Virus record (IMG/VR): IMGVR_UViG_3300033069_000905
Location: 1 to 64,000 of that record
DNA from: an uncultured virus (IMG/VR IMGVR_UViG_3300033069_000905)
Lineage: Duplodnaviria; Heunggongvirae; Uroviricota; Caudoviricetes
Direction: 5' to 3' (one strand)
DNA: 64,000 nucleotides
A program made the position numbers and the translations under genes. Position 1 is the stretch's first letter; each line of letters opens with the position of its first letter. Shown one piece after another: positions 1 through 7,841 of the stretch. The notes below the pieces were generated by a model. The model did no database searches. It was not told the DNA's origin and saw only the letters and a list, made by a program, of their open reading frames with translations.

Positions 1-54
1 CGTTATAAGTGGAAGTGATTCTACTCTATGCAACAGTTTTGTCAAGCATTATTT

Positions 55-88
55 TGGTGCCGGTTGTGTGAATCGAACACACTCAAGC
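55..88 (-). pseudogene. 3' half of a split tRNA (Thr-like)
   Basis: GTGTG-TTCGATT-CACAC T-arm plus AACCGGC-A-CCA; pairs with the GCCGGTT 5' half at 785-815. Confidence 0.8.
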
Positions 89-96
89 TGCGTTCT

Positions 97-172
97 TGGA
101 GCTTTCGGTCGGACTCGAACCGACAAATGCAACCTTACAAGAGTTGTCCTGTACCAATTGAGGCACGAAAGC
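97..172 (-). tRNA. tRNA-Thr(UGU)
   Basis: Cloverleaf, anticodon arm CAACT-CTTGTAA-GGTTG, encoded CCA. Confidence 0.92.
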
Positions 173-176
173 AAAA

Positions 177-719
177 TTACCAATACTTCATTACCGTGTT
201 CCTGCTAACGCCTAGAGCACTGGCTATTTCATAACCAGACTGCCCCAAAAGCCTAAGCTGTTTTATTTTAAGCTTAGTGTCGTCAGATGTACCTTTAGTG
301 CGTGCCGTAGCGCAGCTTATCGAACAGCTTGGAGCCCAACTATCACCATAAGACTTCATACTCTGGTTAACAATTCGCCTAGTGCGTTTAAATTTAACAC
401 CGCATGTAGGGCAAGAAAACTCTACCCACTCTATTTTGCTGGCAGCACTCTTAGCTGTCTTTTTCTTGTGGTCATCCACAGAGAGAACCTGTAGATTAGA
501 CAACGCATCGTTAAGCGGGTTATCGTCTATGTGGTCAACTTGTTCTTCTGGCAGCAAAAAGCGCCCCAACTCCACAGACAATAAATACCTAGCGTAAGCT
601 ATTAGACGCCTTCTTTTAGTTGTTGGGTTGTATAGGTACAAATACGCCCTGCCGTCCTTACTGTGTTGAATGTAACCCACACAATCATTATAAGGGTATG
701 TTAGTGGTATCCCTTTCAT
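177..719 (-). CDS. HNH homing endonuclease with Zn finger and C-terminal HTH
   Basis: VDHIDDNPLNDALSNL HNH motif, CPTC..CSISC, C-terminal GVSRNTVMKYW. Confidence 0.88.
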   Translation of the reverse strand: MKGIPLTYPYNDCVGYIQHSKDGRAYLYLYNPTTKRRRLIAYARYLLSVELGRFLLPEEQVDHIDDNPLNDALSNLQVLSVDDHKKKTAKSAASKIEWVEFSCPTCGVKFKRTRRIVNQSMKSYGDSWAPSCSISCATARTKGTSDDTKLKIKQLRLLGQSGYEIASALGVSRNTVMKYW

Positions 720-743
720 CGGCTAGTCTCCGCAAAAGCCAAC

Positions 744-772
744 AGTATACACGGAGAAAAGATTTAGTGCAA
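744..772 (-). promoter_or_regulatory. sigma70-type promoter of the HNH gene
   Basis: TTGCAC-N17-TATACT. Confidence 0.6.
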
Positions 773-784
773 TGCCACTAAGCT

Positions 785-815
785 AGTAAGGGCAATCCCA
801 CTATGCGAAACCGGC
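785..815 (-). pseudogene. 5' half of a split tRNA (Thr-like)
   Basis: GCCGGTT-TC-GCAT-AGTGGGA-TTGC-C-CTTAC-T, breaking at the anticodon loop. Confidence 0.8.
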
Positions 816-820
816 AAAAC

Positions 821-2452
821 TTATCTGAAGAACTTAGCGAACTTCTGTACGGGGGCAATGTACTGCTCAGGGACAAGGGGCTTGAACACCGCTGCAACCA
901 TCCCTAGACTCGGGTGCTTCAACCAGTATCCTGTATACCCTTTGCCCTTGATGTTTTTCTCATACAGGCTCATCTGGTTTGTCCAGCTATCCAGCGTGCC
1001 TTTGGGATTCAGCCCATCGGGGTCTTTGACAATATCGTAGAGCGACTTGGGATCAACACCACTGATGTACTTGTGACTACCCAAGCCTTCTTCTTTTTCA
1101 TAGCCCCCCGGCTGGCCTACACCAATGCCGTAGTAACTCCTGTCGACCCAATCATCAGGGTCAGAGTCCTTACGTGCTTTTTCAGCCCCCGCATAGCCGT
1201 GACCGTAGTGCGAAGGATCAATGCTGCTCAAATTAGCCGCATTCGACCAGTGCGTTAGCTCTACTTTCCCGTCTGCCCGAAGTGGAAGGGAACTGTCTCC
1301 GCTAGCTCCTGATTGATTTGTTCCACCACCTGTTCCAATGTCTTTGCTGGTGTATTGGTTTCCCCGGAAGGGGTGCCCTGCGGACTCGCCTTTCCGAACG
1401 CCGCTTGCACCTTCGGATTCTTCAGGTGTTCCGCTGCTCTGGCATCGGATTCCTTCTCCTGTTCCAAAGCAATATCGTCCAAAGTTTTTCCCGGATGTTT
1501 CTTTGAGAATTCGAGCGCAGCTTTTCTGAACGGATCGTCCTTTTGTAATGTGGGCGTAGATTTCATCACTAATTTCCTTGTTGGCATGCATTGTATCAGC
1601 AATTGCATGCAGTTTATCGGTTGTATCTGAACCGTATGTGGGAACATCCTCCAATTTTCCTTGGTGAATATCCTCGACACCCCCAAAATTATTGACCACG
1701 TGGATTTTCACACGAGGATTTCCAGCGTAGTGTTCTGCCAGCTTTCTAATATTATTAGAAGCACCGACATGTGCACCAACCAACGTCTTCGTCAAAACTG
1801 TGCGTGCACGTTTAGCGTTTGAACGGAAAGCGTCCTCAAGTTTTCTGTTGGTGTAGGCAATCACCACATCACCTTTAGTTTTAACCAAGGCTTCATCAAT
1901 CTTGCTCTTGGCTGAACCAAAGTTACCCAAGACAGAATCAAAAACCAAACCACCCTTTTTAGCGTTGATGGCCTTTAGCACAATCGGCATGGCTTCGCTC
2001 TTGCCCGACCCACTGCCACCTGCGGTCAGTATCGTGGGGCTAGTATCCCCTGCTTTGGCCTTAGCATCCAGTTCTGTACTAAACAACACCTTGGAGAGCA
2101 ACGAACTAGGCTCATGCACGGCAGCAGCAAACAAAGAAGGGTTCGACAGGAAATCGGGGGATAGTTCTTTTACCTTATCCGCGTCAATCGTGTGCCCGTT
2201 CTTTTCCTGATAGGCTTTGATCAGCGACGGCAAATCTTTTTCAATAGCACCATAAAACGCCGACTCTGCTCTGCGCTGTGTTGGGTCTAAATCACCAATA
2301 TGTGCACGGCCCTTACTGTCGGTATAGTCTTGGCCTTGGGATACGCCTTTTCCATATTGGTTTCCACGGAAAGGGTGGCCTACCACATCCCCTTTAAGGA
2401 CATAAGATATATCATTTCTTAGTAGGGCAGCAAACATAGCAACTCCAATCAA
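821..2452 (-). CDS. Two-module putative virion effector: zeta-toxin-like P-loop kinase plus uncharacterised C-terminal domain
   Basis: TAGGSGSGKS Walker A and VFDS; the motif GHPFRGNQY occurs twice, once before each module. Confidence 0.75.
   Translation of the reverse strand: MIGVAMFAALLRNDISYVLKGDVVGHPFRGNQYGKGVSQGQDYTDSKGRAHIGDLDPTQRRAESAFYGAIEKDLPSLIKAYQEKNGHTIDADKVKELSPDFLSNPSLFAAAVHEPSSLLSKVLFSTELDAKAKAGDTSPTILTAGGSGSGKSEAMPIVLKAINAKKGGLVFDSVLGNFGSAKSKIDEALVKTKGDVVIAYTNRKLEDAFRSNAKRARTVLTKTLVGAHVGASNNIRKLAEHYAGNPRVKIHVVNNFGGVEDIHQGKLEDVPTYGSDTTDKLHAIADTMHANKEISDEIYAHITKGRSVQKSCARILKETSGKNFGRYCFGTGEGIRCQSSGTPEESEGASGVRKGESAGHPFRGNQYTSKDIGTGGGTNQSGASGDSSLPLRADGKVELTHWSNAANLSSIDPSHYGHGYAGAEKARKDSDPDDWVDRSYYGIGVGQPGGYEKEEGLGSHKYISGVDPKSLYDIVKDPDGLNPKGTLDSWTNQMSLYEKNIKGKGYTGYWLKHPSLGMVAAVFKPLVPEQYIAPVQKFAKFFR
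1261..1566 (-). CDS. Nested alternative-frame ORF, candidate antitoxin
   Basis: ATG at 1566 preceded by AAGGA; charged helical 101-aa product overlapping the linker of 821-2452. Confidence 0.45.
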   Translation of the reverse strand: MKSTPTLQKDDPFRKAALEFSKKHPGKTLDDIALEQEKESDARAAEHLKNPKVQAAFGKASPQGTPSGETNTPAKTLEQVVEQINQELAETVPFHFGQTGK

Positions 2453-2461
2453 CCGTGCAGA

Positions 2462-2680
2462 CTAACCGCGCCCCAAGATCACGTTAAGACCCTTGTTGTC
2501 CCCGGTCTTTTCTACAGCGTAACCCAATTCATGCAGTTCGTCGTCGGACACTTCAAGATCATCAGGCCATGCTGCGTCAATCAACGCTCTACGTCTTTTT
2601 AGCTCCGCAGAGATGGCTTCATCAGAGGGATAATGTTTCGAGTCTAAGGGGGGAAACTCAGGTAAATTTATCTTAGGCAT
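2462..2680 (-). CDS. Small acidic protein, candidate immunity protein
   Basis: AGGAG then ATG (MPKINLPEF), overlapping the stop of the upstream effector. Confidence 0.6.
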   Translation of the reverse strand: MPKINLPEFPPLDSKHYPSDEAISAELKRRRALIDAAWPDDLEVSDDELHELGYAVEKTGDNKGLNVILGRG

Positions 2681-3497
2681 AGGATACTCCTGTAAAAGCC
2701 TTCTTAAATAATATGTTGATGAACTTTGTGACACGGTGCTTCATCTTTTTCACCATGGCGTCCCAACCGGCTTTCAACTCCGGGTGCTTGGCAATATAGG
2801 GATCAATGACTTTATTGTACTCTGTTCTTCCTGCTTCACGGGTATCCCAACTCCCAATGAAGCCCCCGCTACCCTTCATATAGGTGTGCTTGCTGCCGAA
2901 AGACTTAGCCGCTTTGGTTACATTCAGGGACAGCGCCTTACCTTCTTTCGATGATGCGTTGTCGCTAAACACAATCACCTGAAATCCTTCATGTCCTGCA
3001 TGGGGGAGCAATGTATGAAATGGGAGTCCTTGCTCTACCAGTTCCTTGCTCAGCAACACAGGGTCAGAAATGTTCGCATCAAACGTATGCATCTTCTGGT
3101 TGCCTTTTCCTGTTTTAAAGGAAACTACGGCTTTCTGTTCTGCTAAATAGCCTTTCATCGCGGCTGAAACATTCAGCTTTTCTAATGGAAGGTCGTTAGC
3201 ACTAAATTGTGCGATTGAATTCTCACCACCGTCCGACCATGCGCCTATTGCATCTTCTTGAGCGCCTTGCGTCCCCAAAAGATTGTCAACGGCTTGGAAG
3301 TCTTTGCGGAAATGGCGCTGTAACGTGCCGCCTGAACGCCGCATGGCGTAGTTAATGTCCGTGCCTTCACGCACATTGGGGGAGACAAATTGAATGCCTA
3401 CAGGGGCGGTAGATTGAACAGACGCCGAACCGTTGGACGATGAAAACTTTCCATCAACCCCATGGTTGTGGTTGAACTTAAGGATATGTGAAAACAT
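2673..3497 (-). CDS. Putative virion effector, unknown function
   Basis: N-terminal MFSHILK-FNHNHGVDGKF tag; resembles 21008-21886. Confidence 0.7.
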   Translation of the reverse strand: MFSHILKFNHNHGVDGKFSSSNGSASVQSTAPVGIQFVSPNVREGTDINYAMRRSGGTLQRHFRKDFQAVDNLLGTQGAQEDAIGAWSDGGENSIAQFSANDLPLEKLNVSAAMKGYLAEQKAVVSFKTGKGNQKMHTFDANISDPVLLSKELVEQGLPFHTLLPHAGHEGFQVIVFSDNASSKEGKALSLNVTKAAKSFGSKHTYMKGSGGFIGSWDTREAGRTEYNKVIDPYIAKHPELKAGWDAMVKKMKHRVTKFINILFKKAFTGVSYA

Positions 3498-3509
3498 GGG
3501 GACGCGGCT

Positions 3510-3932
3510 TTAAGTAGTAAACTCACCGTTAGAATTAACAGCCAAACTAGCCGCTGGGTGTGCTTTACCCGCATCTGTTAACTCCCCTGTTAACAACGTG
3601 TGATCATGCTGCCTATACTTAGTAGGCTCGGGGGTGAATTTAGACGTCCACGGCTCTCTAACGTGATCTACACTGCTTACATGCTTAACTAGACCTTTAT
3701 CAACTAGCATCTGATAGGCATTCCTATTCAGTTCCGAGTCTTTAGCGTCTTTATTGTGATAAATTGGAACAACTACGGGTGTGTGTGACTGCTTACCCCC
3801 CCCATTTAAACGACTATTACGCAAGAGCATGTGTGATCTTTCTTCAATTTTTTTTCTTTGAGCGGGTGAATAGGCTCCCGCATGACGACCCGAACCCGGC
3901 CCACCTTTAAGAATCTTTGCAAAGTTATTCAT
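3510..3932 (-). CDS. Putative virion-packaged small protein
   Basis: MNNFAKILK-GGPGSGRH N-terminal tag. Confidence 0.65.
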   Translation of the reverse strand: MNNFAKILKGGPGSGRHAGAYSPAQRKKIEERSHMLLRNSRLNGGGKQSHTPVVVPIYHNKDAKDSELNRNAYQMLVDKGLVKHVSSVDHVREPWTSKFTPEPTKYRQHDHTLLTGELTDAGKAHPAASLAVNSNGEFTT

Positions 3933-3994
3933 ATCGCACCTAAAAAAAGCCAACTTTAACACTCTACACTAGGGGGGGACATTCTAATAATTTA

Positions 3995-4082
3995 TGGCGG
4001 AAACGGTGCGATTCGAACGCACGTGCCCTTTCGGACTGCCGGTATTCAAAGCCGGTGCAATTGACCACTCTGCCACGTTTCC
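3995..4082 (-). tRNA. tRNA-Ser(UGA)
   Basis: Long variable arm, loop TTTGAAT, G73, CCA. Confidence 0.92.
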
Positions 4083-4087
4083 AAAAC

Positions 4088-4627
4088 TTAAAAAAATTTA
4101 CTACGTCCTTTAAAAAAACCAGAGGGGATACAGCCCAACTCAGAACGCCACTTCTTATTAACTTTACCATCGGTAATCCAAAAAGACCCAAACTGCGAGT
4201 TGCGCTTACCCTTCTGGTGTTCAATGGCAATAAACGTATCTTTCCGCTTTTGCGTAGCCACTTCAGTATGTGCAGCAATCGTCCCCAAGTGCCTGAACTC
4301 ATGCAGTCGACTGCGCCCCTTAGCCCACATATCACCCATGTTATCTTGTTGAGTTCCAAGGAATAAGTGTTCGGGATTGCAACACAAGGGAGTATCGCAC
4401 TTGTGTAGGACAAATAACCCATCTGGTATTTCACCTTTAACTAGAAGCCAAGCTAGCCTGTGTGCCAATAGCATTACACGCTCTTGACTATTCGGCCTTA
4501 TAGTTACCTTACCGTAGCCTTTATTATTTGGTTGCCGCAACCAAAGCCAACAGCTATCTGTTTTCTGCACGTTAGACCAAAACCTAGCTATTTGTTTTTT
4601 ACTTATCCGCATGGTTCGACTCCACAA
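4088..4627 (-). CDS. HNH homing endonuclease
   Basis: CWLW..AHRLAW..VLHKCDTPLCCNPEHL..DN motif. Confidence 0.9.
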   Translation of the reverse strand: MWSRTMRISKKQIARFWSNVQKTDSCWLWLRQPNNKGYGKVTIRPNSQERVMLLAHRLAWLLVKGEIPDGLFVLHKCDTPLCCNPEHLFLGTQQDNMGDMWAKGRSRLHEFRHLGTIAAHTEVATQKRKDTFIAIEHQKGKRNSQFGSFWITDGKVNKKWRSELGCIPSGFFKGRSKFF

Positions 4628-4663
4628 AAATAATATTTTAGCAGAAGTCGAACAGTTTTAGTG

Positions 4664-4747
4664 TGGAAAATTGAGTAATCGAAACTCATCCCTTTCGGAA
4701 CCTTCTGTTTTCGAGGCAGAGGCTATACCCTGATAGCTTAATTTTCC
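4664..4747 (-). tRNA. tRNA-Ser(CGA), no encoded CCA
   Basis: TCTGC-CTCGAAA-ACAGA arm and long variable arm; 5' end overlapped by the HNH stop codon. Confidence 0.8.
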
Positions 4748-5145
4748 TTTTTAACTTTTTTGTCATGCTGCTGCTTCTTGACTTGGCACGACCTTCCACA
4801 ACACACATCAGCATGCCCGTTAGCTCTAACCCTGCACACGTAAACATGCTTCCTCAAGGTGAAAGCAGAACCGCACCAAAAACAAAAAAGAGACACCAGA
4901 ACAGGCGACTTAATCGGTAGGTTACTGTGGTGTGCATCATGAGAAGTCTTTGACATTTTCTCAAGGTTAAGGAAAACGTTATTGCGCTTGTCCTCATCTT
5001 TGTGGTGAATCAACTCGCCAGCAAGTACGACTTCACCTGTATTCAACCACCAAACCAAATGATGTTCATAGCAGTAGCGACCACGGTACCTCTTGCCCGG
5101 ATACCCTTCAGGCGCTATGACTAAAGTATACTCACCATTCTTCAT
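4738..5145 (-). CDS. HNH homing endonuclease
   Basis: YEHHLVWW..IHHKDEDKRNN..NL..H, followed by CFWC Zn finger. Confidence 0.88.
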   Translation of the reverse strand: MKNGEYTLVIAPEGYPGKRYRGRYCYEHHLVWWLNTGEVVLAGELIHHKDEDKRNNVFLNLEKMSKTSHDAHHSNLPIKSPVLVSLFCFWCGSAFTLRKHVYVCRVRANGHADVCCGRSCQVKKQQHDKKVKKEN

Positions 5146-5150
5146 ACGTG

Positions 5151-5239
5151 CTCCCCAGAGAAGACTCGAACTTCTATACGGCGCTAGGCCGACTACACGA
5201 TATTAACAGTATCGCCTCTTACCATTAGAGTACCGGGGA
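5151..5239 (-). tRNA. tRNA-Asn(GUU) with long variable arm, no encoded CCA
   Basis: CGATA-CTGTTAA-TATCG arm, TCCCCGG/CTGGGGA acceptor, G73. Confidence 0.85.
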
Positions 5240-5266
5240 ATTGATCTTTTTGCACCCACTTTCCGA

Positions 5267-5298
5267 CAAGTCCTTGCACCTTGCTTGGATTCTGCGGA
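5267..5298 (-). pseudogene. 5' half of a tRNA (Asn-like)
   Basis: TCCGCAG-AA-TCC-AAGCAAGGTGCA-AGGA-CTTG, stopping before an anticodon loop. Confidence 0.6.
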
Positions 5299-5307
5299 AT
5301 TGAAACT

Positions 5308-5347
5308 TGGTATCCGGTACGGGAGTCAAACCCGCCTCACCTTGAAC
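5308..5347 (-). pseudogene. 3' half of a tRNA (Glu-like)
   Basis: TTC-AA-GGTGA..CGGG-TTTGACT-CCCG..ACCGGAT-A-CCA with no 5' half. Confidence 0.65.
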
Positions 5348-5380
5348 GGTATCGGTCAACAAAGATTTCTTACTAAGTAA

Positions 5381-5457
5381 TGGCGCTGGCGATGGGAGTC
5401 GAACCCACATTGCTTTGATTGAAGGTCAAATGTCCTAGTCCATTAGACGACACCAGC
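5381..5457 (-). tRNA. tRNA-Glu(UUC)
   Basis: TTTGA-CCTTCAA-TCAAA arm, CCA. Confidence 0.9.
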
Positions 5458-5579
5458 ATTGTTACCCGCCTCGCATAGCTTAATCATACGAGACTTTTTA
5501 CCGTTACAGCTACGACTACAAGAAAAACTGGAACACCCGTGCGCTAATTAGTAGCTTCCGTTAAAGCCTTTGATGCAGT

Positions 5580-5668
5580 TGGGGAGTCGTGTGGGGCTTG
5601 AACCCACTAACCTCTTTCGAGACACGGTTCACAGCCGTGTGGCGCGTCCTCTTTGCTCTTACGACTCC
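5580..5668 (-). tRNA. tRNA-His(GUG) with long variable arm
   Basis: 8-bp acceptor with G-1:C73, CACGG-CTGTGAA-CCGTG arm. Confidence 0.88.
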
Positions 5669-5732
5669 ATTGAAACTATGGCTGCTGGCGCGGCCAATTT
5701 GCTCTTCAATCACCATTGAAATTACTTGCAAC

Positions 5733-5807
5733 TGGTAGGCGCGCAGAGATTTGAACTCTGGTAAACCGGGTAAAAGCCGGTGATTCTCCCAATTGAATTA
5801 CACGCCC
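5733..5807 (-). tRNA. tRNA-Lys(UUU)
   Basis: ACCGG-CTTTTAC-CCGGT arm, CCA. Confidence 0.92.
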
Positions 5808-5866
5808 ATTATTCGGGGCGTTTGTCACTTTCTTCTGAACGCATGATAAATCTCCTAAAAATGGGT

Positions 5867-6202
5867 GGTGTTCGTAGTGTGCTACTACGCTAAAAGGAAT
5901 CGTTGGATTTAGCATCTCTGCCTTCCATTGATACTTGCCGTGTGGCTCTGTATGCCATTCGCTCTCAGTGGGTGCAACCCCCATTCCTTCAGCAGTTTGC
6001 GAGACTGCCTTGGCGTGATTTGCTTCGTCTTTCGATTGGTACTTGGAGTCCAGACCCCAAGCCGTTCTAAGAATCCACACAAACCCTATTGAACTTTTCG
6101 GCCAGTTAACTATGCCCTTAAACTGCCTATGTGTACCTGCATACAGCACTTGTCCTACTCTTTAAGGGATGGCTGCTTCTAAGCCCACCCTCTACGAACA
6201 CC
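5867..6202 (-). ncRNA. Structured RNA with a 23S rRNA H43/H44-like core, copy 1
   Basis: 11-bp terminal stem; GGTGGGCTTAGAAGCAGCCATC near the 5' end and AGCGTAGTAGCACAC near the 3' end; paralogue at 9643-9985. Confidence 0.8.
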
Positions 6203-6208
6203 GAAACT

Positions 6209-6508
6209 TTAAAAACTCAGACGATCATACATCGCCCAAACCTTCTTAGCCCCCGCAATAGCTTCCTTGTCGGCACGTTCAACGTTGTAGCTGACGTACC
6301 CCTTTTGATGAAGGATACGCAAAGGCGGGATGCCCAACTTGCGCTTGGCAAAGTATTCTTCGGGGCTGTAGTTCGCCTTCAGAAACTTCACAAAATGCTT
6401 GGCACTGGCCTTGGGGGATGCGTACTTGAACCGGGCCACGATTTCATTATTATGGCGAACGTACACTTCCTGACTACCTTCGATTACTATATTCCACATG
6501 ATCATCAC
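6209..6508 (-). CDS. Hypothetical protein
   Basis: ORF with GGAG RBS and an upstream TTGACA box. Confidence 0.65.
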   Translation of the reverse strand: MMIMWNIVIEGSQEVYVRHNNEIVARFKYASPKASAKHFVKFLKANYSPEEYFAKRKLGIPPLRILHQKGYVSYNVERADKEAIAGAKKVWAMYDRLSF

Positions 6509-6570
6509 TCCGTTGATTGACTATGGAGTAATGATAATCCAATCCCCACAGTTTGTCAAGGAGTATGTGA

Positions 6571-6647
6571 TGGTAGGACGTGTCAGGATCGAACTGACGA
6601 CCTATCGCTTAAGAGGCGAGTGCTACTACCGACTGAGCTAACGTCCC
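6571..6647 (-). tRNA. tRNA-Lys(CUU)
   Basis: Loop CTCTTAA, CCA. Confidence 0.92.
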
Positions 6648-6657
6648 ATTAAAACTC

Positions 6658-6732
6658 TGGTGCCCCTTGTCTGAATCAAACAGACGACCTATCGCTTACG
6701 AAACGATTGCTCTATCACTGCGCTAAAAGGGC
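6658..6732 (-). tRNA. tRNA-Thr(CGU)
   Basis: ATCGT-TTCGTAA-GCGAT arm, CCA. Confidence 0.88.
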
Positions 6733-6738
6733 GAAACT

Positions 6739-6813
6739 TGGTGCCCTTGGTCGGAATCGAACCCACGACCTCTCGCTTACCAAGCGAGTGCACTGCCACT
6801 GTGCTACAAGGGC
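6739..6813 (-). tRNA. tRNA-Thr(GGU)
   Basis: CTCGC-TTGGTAA-GCGAG arm, CCA. Confidence 0.92.
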
Positions 6814-6819
6814 GAAACT

Positions 6820-6893
6820 TGGAGCGGAAGACGAGAATCAAACTCGCGTATCTTGCTTGGCAAACAAGCGCTTTATCACTAAGCTACATCCGC
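6820..6893 (-). tRNA. tRNA-Gly(GCC)
   Basis: CTTGT-TTGCCAA-GCAAG arm, U73, CCA. Confidence 0.9.
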
Positions 6894-6899
6894 AAAACT

Positions 6900-6970
6900 T
6901 GGCACCCCGAGAAGGTTTCGAACCTCCCATTTTTGGCTTAGAAGGCCAAAATCTGTCCCACAGTCGGGGT
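6900..6970 (-). tRNA. tRNA-Arg(UCU), shortened D-arm
   Basis: TTGGC-CTTCTAA-GCCAA arm, CCA, 71 nt. Confidence 0.8.
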
Positions 6971-6971
6971 A

Positions 6972-7042
6972 TGGTGCCCTCAGACAGAGTTTAACTGTCA
7001 CAATCTGGTTTAGGAAACCTGATGCTATTCGATAGTGAGGGC
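6972..7042 (-). tRNA. tRNA-Arg(CCU), shortened D-arm and atypical T-loop
   Basis: Loop TTCCTAA, GCCCTCA/TGAGGGC acceptor, CCA. Confidence 0.7.
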
Positions 7043-7048
7043 ATAGAC

Positions 7049-7125
7049 TGGTACCCTTGGTCGGACTCGAACCGACAGAACCGCACCCCTCAAGCGCGTG
7101 TGTATGCCTATTCCACCACAAGGGC
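7049..7125 (-). tRNA. tRNA-Leu(GAG), short variable loop
   Basis: CGCGC-TTGAGGG-GTGCG arm, A73, CCA. Confidence 0.88.
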
Positions 7126-7131
7126 AAAACT

Positions 7132-7208
7132 TGGTGCCGGGTGCGGGAGTCGAACCCGCAAGATCAAGTTTTTGAAACTTGCACGTATGCCAATTCCGTC
7201 AACCCGGC
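7132..7208 (-). tRNA. tRNA-Leu(CAA), short variable loop
   Basis: CAAGT-TTCAAAA-ACTTG arm, CCA. Confidence 0.9.
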
Positions 7209-7214
7209 GTAACA

Positions 7215-7302
7215 TGGCGGTTAGGTAGGGGTTCGAACCCTAGTGCCCTTTCGGACTCATTGTTTAGCAAACAAGACGCTTTAGCCACTCGCGCACCTAA
7301 CC
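7215..7302 (-). tRNA. tRNA-Ser(GCU)
   Basis: Loop TTGCTAA, long variable arm, G73, CCA. Confidence 0.9.
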
Positions 7303-7310
7303 TTAAAACA

Positions 7311-7394
7311 TGGCAGAGAGATACAGAATCGAACTGTCACCCTTTCGGATGGACTACCTTTCCAAGATAGTTTGCTTCCAAAGCTCATCTCTCT
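7311..7394 (-). tRNA. tRNA-Ser(GGA)
   Basis: CTATC-TTGGAAA-GGTAG arm, long variable arm, CCA. Confidence 0.85.
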
Positions 7395-7400
7395 AAAAAC

Positions 7401-7475
7401 TGGAAGGGGTGGTAGGAATCGAACCTGACTAACCTTGGTTCAAAGCCAAGTATGCATCCATTGCATATCACCCCA
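7401..7475 (-). tRNA. tRNA-Gln(UUG)
   Basis: CTTGG-CTTTGAA-CCAAG arm, CCA. Confidence 0.85.
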
Positions 7476-7494
7476 CTCGACTATACAGTAATCT

Positions 7495-7572
7495 TGGTGC
7501 ACCCTCTAGGAATCGAACCTAGTTCTACAGTTCTTCAAACTGTCGCTGAATCACCAGACTAGCTCAGAGCGC
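7495..7572 (-). tRNA. tRNA-Phe(GAA)
   Basis: ACAGT-TTGAAGA-ACTGT arm, CCA. Confidence 0.9.
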
Positions 7573-7575
7573 AAA

Positions 7576-7727
7576 TACGTAGGAAGGTCTTACAGGGTTG
7601 CGCCCTGCTCACCTTCTTGTCAGCACAGCATTAAGCTTTGCATGTTAGGGCGTCGACCCCCACATGAAAACTGACCGTACCCCATCGACCTCGTGGGCCA
7701 CGCACGTTCCTTCCGTGATGCTACGTA
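7576..7727 (-). ncRNA. Candidate structured RNA between tRNA-Cys and tRNA-Phe
   Basis: Terminal TACGTAG/CTACGTA stem and internal hairpins; fills the spacer almost exactly. Confidence 0.45.
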
Positions 7728-7730
7728 ACT

Positions 7731-7805
7731 TGGAGTGTCCCCCCGGAATTGAACCGGGCTATCAGGGTTTGCAATCCTGCACATCGGCCTCTCTGTCAGG
7801 GACAC
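7731..7805 (-). tRNA. tRNA-Cys(GCA)
   Basis: Loop TTGCAAA, U73, CCA. Confidence 0.9.
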
Positions 7806-7841
7806 AGTTGAAACTACCTGTCTGTACGTTAGCACACACAG

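Noticed and set aside
55..815. Group I or II introns in the split tRNAs
   Set aside because: The inserts are filled by promoter, ORF and intact tRNA, leaving no room for a ribozyme core. Rejoining the halves does not restore an anticodon loop.
5461..5520. Possible further degenerate tRNA 5' part (GTAGTCG-TAGCT...)
   Set aside because: The D-stem is poor and there is no matching 3' strand or canonical loop.
5867..6202. 23S rRNA gene or fragment
   Set aside because: Only two short H43/H44-like segments match; the sequence between and around them is not rRNA-like.
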